This document shows, in pieces, positions 36,778 through 47,256 of a DNA stretch of 64,000 nucleotides. The notes under the pieces are model-generated. The model did not search any database. It saw nothing but the letters and a program-made list of their open reading frames with translations, and was not told the origin of the DNA. Source of the stretch: Pseudovirgaria hyperparasitica (Eukaryota); the NCBI GenBank assembly GCA_010093815.1, contig ML996567.1. One strand, 5' to 3'. Position numbers and translations under genes: made by a program. How positions within the stretch are numbered: position 1 is the first letter of the stretch; each line of letters starts with the position of its first letter.

Positions 36778-37419
36778 TCATAGAGCGACCATCATCGCAG
36801 CCACGGCCGCCGCACCGTATCCGATCATTGCCGTCCGAGCAGGTCCTGGAGCAGCATTTGTGGGTGTGGCAAGTCCAGCAGCGGCAGTTCCAGTTGGTTG
36901 TACGCCGTAAGCATCAAGACCTCGTTTGATGTTTGAGACGATGGGCTGAGATAGAGCGATGGCGACTTCCTTAGTGTCCGCAGGCACTTTGGTTGCGACG
37001 AGGTTGGAGAATTGGACAGCGAGTTGGTATTGCGTCTGAAGACTCATTGCAATAATAGGGCTCAGGCTGCTCATATCGAAGAAGTTCTTGCGGGAAATAA
37101 TGGTATCAATCGACTTTCCAACAACATCGCCCAAGTTGACAGTAGGCTCTGCTAGAGCCAACGATTCGGTGAAAGTGGTCAAAAGGCTTGTGTCCTGGCA
37201 GTTCGCAATCGAGCTGTTAACGGCATCAATCGCGTTGACAGAGGCCTGGTTGAGCGACAGGAGCTGGTCTGTTGAGTTGTACGAAATCAGAGCGTCTGTC
37301 AGCTGCTGTGTGTAGTCTGTGATATTGAGGATGCTGTTCTTGATGGTGTCGACATCGCGAGTGACCAGTGATGAAGACGCGACGCCGGCGGCGAAGAAAA
37401 GGGTAGCGAGGAACTTCAT
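36778..37419 (-). CDS. Secreted, probably GPI-anchored HsbA/Mp1-like cell-wall protein
   Basis: Signal peptide, helical domain ending in ATKVP..IAL..I..GLDAY, hydrophobic C-terminal GPI-like tail. Confidence 0.82.
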   Translation of the reverse strand: MKFLATLFFAAGVASSSLVTRDVDTIKNSILNITDYTQQLTDALISYNSTDQLLSLNQASVNAIDAVNSSIANCQDTSLLTTFTESLALAEPTVNLGDVVGKSIDTIISRKNFFDMSSLSPIIAMSLQTQYQLAVQFSNLVATKVPADTKEVAIALSQPIVSNIKRGLDAYGVQPTGTAAAGLATPTNAAPGPARTAMIGYGAAAVAAMMVAL

Positions 37420-38740
37420 GGTTGCTGATGCCTATCGGTGATGCTGGGCACTGAAGTGATGATGGTCGCGTCGAGAGAAATGACTTCGCAAGGAGAAGAC
37501 ATGGTAATTAGAGCGTCGATAGTGTCTCTTAAGGGCTCCCTCGTGTCTTTCCGCCTCGGGATCACACATGCAGCACATGCCGCGGCTGGCTTATGAGTTT
37601 GTATCGACCTATACACTAGTCGACGAGAATAGTCTAGATGAGGAGTTGCACAGAACCGGATTGGCCAATTGAGACACTAGCACAGAAGTCCAAGAGTTTT
37701 CCGTCCCCATGCCATCAACACGCACGGCTGGGGTTTGACCACGGGGATCCCCGGGGTCAATAGTTTCGTCCAATCAGAGACGACTTTTATTCTAGAGCTT
37801 AAAAAAGACGGACGGCTCCAGGCTGTGGCGTTCTCCCCCACAAAGAACCACGCCCTCACGTTACCAGACAATAACCATGCTCTTTCCAAGCCTCGTTCTG
37901 TGATGCTCTTTCGAGACCTCGTTTTGAGGGAGAGCTAGACCAATTATACCTCCGACTGTGTGGAGGCGCAAACCCGATGTTGGGGTGCAGCATCGCAGGG
38001 CTCGGGCTGTGTGCGCCTCGACCCCTATCCGCCGTATAAAGAGTCAGGACGTCGTCTTGTCCTTCGGAACATGCTGCTTCCGCTCTATCTTGAGCCGAAC
38101 TCTGAATCACGTATGCTGCAATCGTGAGCGCCGAGGATCATGTATACAGCATAATAAAAGAGTCGATAATAGACTGGCCTAGGTCCAGCAGTAAAAGAAT
38201 GAAGAGCTCGTCCTCGTTGCAAGGTTTTGGTAAGAGTTCTGGCTAGTGAAGTCTGTAAGGCCACGTGATCATTTTTTCTTTGTCTGCCTCAGGCATACAG
38301 ACTAAGTAACCGTGAGACAGAGAGCATGAATCTGCGAATACTTCATTCTTACAATATTCCTGTATGTCTTTCAGTAAAGAAAATTTGAATATTACACCAG
38401 GGTCCAGGGTGGGTGGCTCATTCTGGACCGAACACCGATCCCACATACTGATAATGCAGAGCATCCATGTCAAGGAATACGAGTCCAGTGTGATGGATTC
38501 TATCAGATGGAGATCAGTGGCAGGTGTCCGTGCTGACATGTTCTAGTATCTTGCTTCGTGTATAAGCCTCAATAACTTCCTTACCCGAACAATGCCTACA
38601 ATCCTGAGCATCATATGCCAGGCTCGACCGCCACGCCTCATATGAACATCTCCAAGTTCGAGTTTTTCCCTTCTGCCTTTAGTTTGATGTCGACTTTACA
38701 ACCCGCAATTACGAACACAAGCTCGTTTGATAAACGCATA

Positions 38741-39613
38741 TCAAGTGGTCCCACCTCTTACAACATCCTTTCCTCTCCGACTCCACCCTCTTCCAACCCC
38801 CAGCTCCGCAATCTGCCTTCTCGTCCCCGAGCCGTCCAGCTCAGATATCCCGGATCCACTCCAATGATAATTGTTCCATCTCGACATGCCATTTTCCTCT
38901 CCACTGTACGCAGCTTTCTGGACAGACTTGTCCCGCACCATCTGTTTTATCCGTCCCAGGTAGAATGCAAGAACAAGGAGTGCGATAACAAGGGGTACAC
39001 CCAAGCCGACGCCGATACCTATGCCGACTTTCGCTGTGGTCGTAAGGCTGTTCTCCGAAGTTGACGTGGTTGAGGGCAAAGAGGGTGAGCTTGAAGATAT
39101 TGGCAAGATATCTGATGGCGCAGAGATAGTGGGTGACTCTGCCGGTGTCACCTGCGTCGAAGATGTCGTTCGAGTACTCGTTGAGAGATCAGTTGATTGA
39201 AAGCTCCCGCTCGCGGTAACAGCTACGTCTTCGAGTGATAACGTAACACTAACAGCTAGATCATCTTGTTAACGCCAAAGGCAACGTTCTTGGGACGGAG
39301 CATGTATGCATACTCGCACATATCGAATCCGCAAAACTTCTCGTCGCCTCTTGATCATCTGGACTACACGACTTGTTGATACACTCTTCGAATTCGGACC
39401 GAATGCCGCTGCTCAGGAGGCGTTGGCAGATGCATGCTACATCGAGGTTACAGCTGGAGAAAGATTGCGTTGTGCATGTTTGCTGGTCTTTGTCAGTATC
39501 GTTCCCATGTCGTTGGGTTAAAGGAGGAATGCGCGTACCCCACAAGCTGGTTGCTGAGAGACACCGAGTCTGATATATATCGCGAGACCTAGCAGTGTTG
39601 TAACCCGTAGCAT
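38741..39613 (-). CDS. Single-pass membrane protein: signal peptide, CFEM domain, Ser/Thr stalk, TM helix, cytoplasmic tail (252 aa); exons 39613-39539, 39482-39314, 39255-38741
   Basis: MLRVTTLLGLAIYIRLGVSQQPACG|QTC..SSCNLDVACIC..EECINKSC..SICA gives 8 Cys in CFEM spacing; TM KVGIGIGVGLGVPLVIALLVLAFYLG; exon lengths sum to 759 nt in frame. Confidence 0.85.
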
Positions 39614-41439
39614 GGTGCTTGGTATGTCGAAAACCGCTCGTGGCAATCAGGGAGGCAAAGGGAGTACGCGCATCGTGCATATGAAATAGATATCCAGGCC
39701 TAGACAAAACTGATCAAACTGTCAATATGCGGCGTTGTGCCGCACCCCTTTTGGTCCTGTAGTGGTTTCCGATCTGCTGGTGGCTGCATGAGCCAAGCGC
39801 TTAGAGTCGCTTTCTCGGGGCGAAACGTTAAATTTTCTTGTTATGCCGTTGGATCCACGTACATATCCAACCATCGTGGTGCGCTAGCGCTTCGATGTTT
39901 ACACGCCGACCCAGCACAATTTTTGTTGTTGATTGCTACATCTGCGCATCATAGCCATTCTGGACACACCGGTGATCGAGCTTACCATGCTGTTCATTGT
40001 ACTGATCTCCTTGGATTTTTAAACTTCTGTGCACTCGGTCGGCAAGTAAATAGTCTCCAGTTTGGGGAGATGTATAAACGCTCTGAGGCTTGTGTCCAAC
40101 ACCCAAACTAACATTTACGGTTAGCATGAATGCTTTATTTGAAAAGCTGTACGGAATTGATTTGCTTGGTGAAATCACTGGGCTCGAGGCTGCGCTTGAT
40201 AGTACGCTGGAGACTAACACTCTTATGGTGAATATCCGTGAGGAGTGATGAAGATGGGCTGGATAGTATCTGCACATGAGTGTTAGGACTATCGGTCGGT
40301 ATCGGGGGTGCTCATAATCACATTGAGATGGCTGATAGTTTCGAGAGGGCGCTCATCTAGGGGCGGGCATTCTGAGAGCGAGACGAATAGTGACTCTGCA
40401 GGCCACATAAAAATAGAAATGCATAAGTCCTGATAAGCTACGGCGACAGGGTTAGAAGTTCACAGAATAGAGGACGTGACCGTCGAAAAGCGGTCAGGCT
40501 GGAGCTCTCCTTGCCAAACACATGACTGCATCTGAAACGTCCAGAGATCCCGTGTCTCTTCGTAGCTACGGTCCATTCGGGTGTAAGCAAACATATATCA
40601 CAATACCTGGTAGGGGTGTTAGTAGGAATAGCGTCGTGGTTGTAACACGATATCTACAACAGACAGCATAGTTCAGAACGACATGTTACTAGGACATTCA
40701 ACATAGTGATCTCTTGCAAGTTGCAAACCCTCATACGCTGTATCTGACACAACCCGGAGGCTATACATAGATGGAAATTCAAGGAGGAGGAGAAGTGAAT
40801 CATTACGCTAGACTGTCTTTTGAGTAGACTATTGGCACTAGGGCCGATTTAGACTAGGGGCGGCTTTGTTCACACCTCAGCCTTGCATGTGTAGTGTAGT
40901 TGCCTCAGTTTCTGGCACTCTATCACCGACAAGGTCCTCTTAAAATCCCGAAAAGTCGATCTGAGTTACATGTCGAGCCAGCGGGATCGTCTATATTTAG
41001 ACGCGTCTCAAAACAACTGTCCATCGAAATCCAAGCTCAGTAGCTGATTGCGATTGAATCGTATTTTCTTTTTTTCGTGGCTAAGCTATTAGTCGAATCA
41101 GCTAATTGGGCTAATATCCGAGTGTATTGGCGAAGGCACCCATTCCATTGTGGCTGTTTTCGTATGTTACAGTCATCTCCGACTCTTCCCCGATCCATCT
41201 CCGACTTTCACGCCGCGAACACAGTGTGACCGTCTTACGGTAGTCCTGAGCATATGTTCCGGGGGTCAGTAATGCCTTTCCAATAACAACAAGGCCCCTC
41301 AAATCCTGGACAGTCAGTTGTCGAGTGCCCTGGAGTTGCATCGATCGTAGCACCCGATATCACATAGCTGCTCTCTTAGGCGACGTTAGCAACTGCCAAC
41401 GGAGTCACCATCACGATCGATAGCACTGCCAAAAGGATC

Positions 41440-42189
41440 ATGAACATTCGCACAGCGACGTTAGCTGATGTTCCAGCCCTGGCAAACATCGCCGTTACTG
41501 CGATGCCCGACGATCCGCAGGTACATGAATGCCTCATCTCGGCGTCGAGCGGACTCTAATCTAGTGCTCAGTGGGACTACCGTTTTCCCTATCGCCTGAA
41601 GTACCCCGAAGAGCATCTAGCGGCCATTCAAAACGTATATCGCTCTGCAGTGGAAGATGAAGCCTCCGCGGGGACGGTCGTGAAGGTGCTCTGCAACGAC
41701 AAGGACGAGCCCATGGCACTTTCAGTGTGGGATTTGCTCTACCTTGGAAAGGCAAGCGGGGGAATGGCGAATTTTGCACCAAGTTCGTAACGGCGAGTTC
41801 GTGGTGTGCTTCTACTCACGAGGATTCCAGATCCGAATCGTCCGGACGCATCTCTCGTTCGCATGACGGCCTTCTTGAAGGCCTTTCAAGCTGCTCACGA
41901 CAAGTATTTCGACTCTGTATATGGTAACAAGCAGATCAGACTACGGGTACTGTGCGTTCACCCTGACTTCCGGCGCAGAGGCGCAGGTGAGGCGCTCTGC
42001 AATTGGGGATTCGATCTCGCGAAGCAGGAAGGTGTTCCCGTAACGATTGTCGCAAGTCCGATGGGGAAAAGACTGTACGCCCGACTGGGCTGTGAAGTCC
42101 TGGGTGAGTATGAAATCAGGGCAGATGGCGAAGACGAGTCTTGCACTGAAATATGCATGATCTTGAGAAAAGAGTTGAGGGCGAAGTAA
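41440..42189 (+). CDS. GNAT-family N-acetyltransferase; exons 41440-41520, 41572-41782, 41831-42189
   Basis: MNIRTATLADV..DDPQ|WDYRFPYR; acetyl-CoA motif LCVHPDFRRRGAG; ASPMGKRLYARLG. Confidence 0.9.
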
Positions 42190-42782
42190 GAAACGAGCTG
42201 AACGAGCCCAACACGTTGACCCAATGTTTCACTCGATCGCGTGTACCTTTCCAGTAAATGCAATTAACAGCCTGAACAAACCCTTACTCAGAAGTTCAAT
42301 GCCCAAGAGAGTTTGAGGTATCACTACAGAGAAGAGAATTCCCTAGTGACCTCAATCATCTCATGTGGCTGTAAATGGTCTGCGAATACGGTCAGGGTGC
42401 AAAACATTTCGCCCATGTTATGCCTAATGTCAACTCCAGCTGCGTGCGTAGGCGATATCTGGACGGTCTGGTAAGCCAACCTCAATGAACTTCTCGACTT
42501 CCGCAAAGTCTTTTTCCACGAAATGCTCAACAAGGGTAAGTCATGCGAGCTATCGCCACGGACAAGGACTCCCGAGAATACCTGCAGAAGTTGGCTTATA
42601 TTGTTTGGAATCCTACTTGTCGATTCACTTGAGGAAGTTTCTAGCTTGTTTCGTAGTGCGCTGAGAAGCTAATTCTCCATTGTAGAATGACCTTCCGATG
42701 GCGAGTATTGGGTAGTGCATGGTAATTGGTAAACCCGCTGAATGGCCTTTCATTTACAGATGTTAAGCGGTATATTACACTA

Positions 42783-44300
42783 CTACGTTCCCTCTTCGCT
42801 GCTATCACTTCTACTTTTTGCAGCCCTTGGTGGGTTCACCATAGCCTGATGTACTTGCTTCAGTGGTGGCTGCTCCGTCCGTTCCGAATTTTCATCGTCG
42901 TTATCCACTTCCTCGAACGGTCGTTTACTCGTGCTTTGTCGACTCTTGGGCTGCTGCTCCTCTTCTAAAGTCGATTTGGGCTCAGTACAGTCATCCTTCT
43001 CAGCAGCCTTCTCATCTACGCTGTCTTCTTCAATTTCACCAACCTGTACGGCCTGATCGCGCTCCTCATCCTCCATCTCCTCAAGAGCCCTTTGTCCTGG
43101 GCTAGACTTCTTCGTCACGAACAAGTTCGCACTATCCTCTTCTCCCTTGCTATTCCTGCCTGTCTTCTCCACCTCCGGATCCATCGTGTTAGCATCCGGA
43201 TCTCGCAGCGCCGCCACAATCTTATCCGTACCCATCGTATCCCCCTCCTCCGTCTCATTCAGATCCTTATCGACCCAGCCTTCCGTATACGAGCCCCCAA
43301 AATCGATCATCCACAACACATCATCCGCATCAACCAAAAAATTGTCGGCTTTTGCGTCGCCCCAGATCACGCCGTGCTCGTGCAATGCCTCCTTCATCGC
43401 CGCAACCTCACGCGCCCACCGTTCGCGCTTGCGCTGCGGGACGTCGGAATCAAGCTTCATCGTCAGCGGCGTAGCGCCGTGGATCTCGGACTGGAGGAAG
43501 CCGATTGCGTGTGATTGGAAGGTCGTCGACGACGACGACGACGAGACCAGGCCTTTGAGCACGGGAGCGCGTACCCGGTCGCGCAGGTCTGGCTGTGCGA
43601 TGCGTTGCAGGAGCTTTAATTCGCGCTTCGTCGTCTGTGGCGCGACGCTGTCAACGGCCTTGAAGAAGTACACCTCGTCTGTCTTTGTGTCGCGCACGCG
43701 TACGGGATGGTACGGAGGCGGTGCATCGCTGGCAGCTAGCACAACCAGATTGTCTGCACTGTGCCAGGGGAGTTGATGCTTCAGTATGTATTTCGGCAGG
43801 GCGATTTCGTGCTCGAGGTTTGGGACTTTGCCCCTGAGTTCCGGCGAGTCCTCGAGCTCGATGGCCTCGAGGCGCTCCCATTCGTCGTCGACTTGGAGCT
43901 GGAAGAAGCGCAGGGGGGCGTCGAGCCAGGAGCGCAATGTCTTCTCTGGCGGAGTCGAATTTCGAGATCCTGGTTCTATGGGTACTGGAGCAAGTATCCA
44001 GTCTTGTAGTGCCTGCTCGGTAGAGTCGGTGTCGGATATGTGGATGCCGCTGTCTGCTTCGCCGGCTGAGGTGCTGCTGCCTTTGCCACTCTCGCCTGAT
44101 CTTGCGGCGGTGACTAAGGCGTCGAATTCTTTGCTCGCTTTGCTATCTTTGGAGCTATCTGACGGGAGAAGCTTCTCTCTCGCGGCGATGATGTGATAGC
44201 GAATATGCGATCTGGGTTCTAGCACCGTAATTGCGCAGTCACCATCGTCGTCGATGAGGAAGTCGAGGACATGGGGACGAGCACGAGTTGATGAGACCAT
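42783..44300 (-). CDS. Atypical fungal protein-kinase-like protein with acidic tail, intronless
   Basis: YFFK (beta3 Lys), RE (alphaC Glu), HEHGVIWGDAKADNFLVD catalytic loop, IDFGG. Confidence 0.88.
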   Translation of the reverse strand: MVSSTRARPHVLDFLIDDDGDCAITVLEPRSHIRYHIIAAREKLLPSDSSKDSKASKEFDALVTAARSGESGKGSSTSAGEADSGIHISDTDSTEQALQDWILAPVPIEPGSRNSTPPEKTLRSWLDAPLRFFQLQVDDEWERLEAIELEDSPELRGKVPNLEHEIALPKYILKHQLPWHSADNLVVLAASDAPPPYHPVRVRDTKTDEVYFFKAVDSVAPQTTKRELKLLQRIAQPDLRDRVRAPVLKGLVSSSSSSTTFQSHAIGFLQSEIHGATPLTMKLDSDVPQRKRERWAREVAAMKEALHEHGVIWGDAKADNFLVDADDVLWMIDFGGSYTEGWVDKDLNETEEGDTMGTDKIVAALRDPDANTMDPEVEKTGRNSKGEEDSANLFVTKKSSPGQRALEEMEDEERDQAVQVGEIEEDSVDEKAAEKDDCTEPKSTLEEEQQPKSRQSTSKRPFEEVDNDDENSERTEQPPLKQVHQAMVNPPRAAKSRSDSSEEGT

Positions 44301-46783
44301 TTTGAAATTTCAGAGTGTGAGTGAGGATAGACGGCAGAATGTGGTATCTGTGTACCATACCATGCTCGATGGCCTAGAGATAAATCACACTGTGACAACA
44401 TGACGATTGCGATGTCGATAGTGCGAGGTCGAAGCTAGAGTAAATGCACTTCGTCATGACTTTGACACAGACCCTGGACCCACCACTTCTAGGTAGTGAT
44501 CGTCAGGTACGATCTGAGATCAGGACTCGATCTGGCAAAATGATCGAATACAGATGCCCAGTTACTCTCACTTCCGCATTAGCATTATTCCTAATTGTCG
44601 TCGGCAAGATTGACATGTCTTCGTATCCTAGGTGAACGATTTTATATCTGAGTCTAGGTGGCATGCTGAGTTGTACCCATACTGTGATCATAGGGCCGGA
44701 CCGCTCCCCTGATTTTGGACGTCGGCATCTTGACAGCGATAACTCCAACTCAAGATTTCAACCATCTACTAGTGTAACGATATTCCGTTCGATGCGAAAA
44801 ACAGGAGCCAAGGAGGCTGAGCCAGACAAATTGAAAAACAATTTTGAGCACCGATGGAAAGGAGTCCTGGGGATCAGATTCTCCACAAAGAAAGCGCCAT
44901 TTACACTGAGAATATCATCTCAAAAAAGTAACACAGGTCTCTCCTGCAAAGGGCGGTCGTTGGCTTCTGAAGTGATTAAAATAGCTGGACTAAGCAGAAG
45001 GATTTTGGGTGAGCGAAAAGCGCAGAAGGATGGTGGAGGTGCCATTCGCAGGCACGGCCGGCTTGCGCAAACTTGTTGGGTCGAGGCATTATATGAGCGT
45101 CTGACGGGGGAATGCTGCTGCTGTTGCAGCTCATTAAAGACATGGCCACGAGTGACTGATACCTTGCACATCTTTTCTCTGAATTTTGCAAAGTCGAATT
45201 CAATGGAATTCACAGACGAAAGGTCTTGGGCGCACTGCTGAGGCGTGATCTCATAATCGATCTTGAAAGAGACTTTTTCAGTTTTAATCCTGTCCTGGCA
45301 AACTCTTCGATACGCGGGGTGCCGATAGGATAGCAGAGTTGAATTAAAGGTCTTTCGACTTAGATGTCACTATATGTCACGTACATGAGGTATTACTTAC
45401 AGTAGTGACCAGAGCTTTGTTTCTAGAAATGTCAAGCCAAGAAGACTTTATCTGTTCACGGCTAGTATGCTAGCTAATGCACGTCATAGAGGGACAAATT
45501 TAGTCCTTATAAGCCGAGAAAGGGCCTTATAGGCCACAAAAGCTTTTGTCGAGCAGAGACACTCCGTATCAGTATTTTGGCTGACATGTTTACGCAGCGG
45601 TGTAGATACAATACAGTACATTGAACGATAGCTGGTACGTTAAGCATCCCCTTTACGACCGGGAGAATCGATATGTGGCGTGTGAGGATCCGAGTCAGGC
45701 TCTCATGGTTTCGAGGTGGAGACGATAGAGAGAGCGTGGATGGAAACTGGGAAGCGAGACAGGCATGAAGGGCAGCCCGTCTCGTTTCGGCATTAGGACG
45801 GGGCAAGTAACGGAGGAACGAGCTCGTTCGAGCGTTCGAGAAGGGCATCATAATCCATGAATCTTGACGATGGTTAGAAAATGTTTCGGAAATCAATAGA
45901 ACTGTTGCAATACTTGTTGACTCGGCAGTGACGGTCGGCCGTGATTGGTTGGCCGGGCTGGGCAGTACCGCCGAAGTGTGCAGGGATTTGTTTACGTGAG
46001 ATCTATATTGATAGATGCCACGCGACTCTATTTGGATGCCAACTGCCAACTCCAACTCCTATTGCAACTGTTGTACATCGTTGTTGCTATTGTCTTACTA
46101 ACTTTCTGTTGCTGTTGTGCTGCCGTAGGATGTAGCTATTTGTGGTGTGTCTAGTGCTTCGGGCAGGATGAGGCAAGTTGCGGCATGTCATTGCATGACA
46201 TTCTGCAAAGCAGGTCGCAGACGATTCCGCCAGATGCATGATGGATGCATCGTGGTTGGCCTGAGGAACTGTGCGATGCGAGGCTGCTGTCAAACGATAG
46301 TTGAATGCTGAAACGAAGCGTCTGTGTATGTCTGTGTGTGTTCTAAACCTGTTCCTGACGCTAAACCTGAAAAGGAGGGCCAGGGGGATGCAATTGGGGC
46401 GAGATGCCGGTGCATATCACGCTGTCAGACAGCCCAGACAGCCCAGAGAAGCCCAGACGGCGGCGGTAAGGGCCCGAGCTAGCCAGTGACATCGGGCTAA
46501 ACCGCCAGTGGACTCTGCAGACACCCCCAGCTTCCAAACGACCGCCCGTGTCCTCCCACCGTCGGTCACCCGTCAGCGGCCACAAGGTCAGCTAAAGGTA
46601 CCTGAGAATGGGCGGCTTTAGTGCCATTGCGGGCTGTCCCTGCCCCTGCCCCCTGCCCCTTTTAGCGTGCGCGGTTCGGCAATCCTCTCCAACCTCACCA
46701 CATTAACCAACATCACCACTGACATCGCTCGTCTGCCTCAGGCGCTGATTCTTCCCATAGTTCCAACTGTCTGCTTAAAATGG

Positions 46784-46799
46784 CACACACACATGTACA

Positions 46800-46858
<59 letters not shown>
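46784..46858. repeat. (CA)n microsatellite upstream of the adhesin gene
   Basis: About 75 bp of nearly pure CA repeat. Confidence 0.97.
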
Positions 46859-46861
<3 letters not shown>

Positions 46862-47256
46862 AGGCCATGGGTCCCCTCCTGGCCGGTGCCTACAAGGGGC
46901 TCGTCTCCAGTCATGTCCTTGTCATTGATCAGTGCGCCAGCCCAAAAGGTCAATAGACTCGTGTTTCATGCTCCCCCAAGCGAGCAGTATTGAAGTAGAC
47001 TCGGTCAAACCTCCACAGCCTGTAGATATATCTTGAGATGCTTCCCTTAAGCGCTCTTTTCTCCTTGTATTCCATTATCCTTCATCGGTCTTCTTCTCCT
47101 TGATCTTTCTCTGCTTTCTTGTACGCAAGTCATTCGCTTCCTTGCTGTGCGAGCTACGCGACTTTTCGCTACAGTTTTCCTTCCATTGGAACCAACACAA
47201 TCATTTCTCTCCCTGTATTCACCACTCGTTATATCATTCACTCTTTTTGAGCCAGC

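Noticed and set aside
44663..46055. Overlapping 97-192 aa ORFs
   Set aside because: No family motifs; a decayed gene is possible but I cannot support it.
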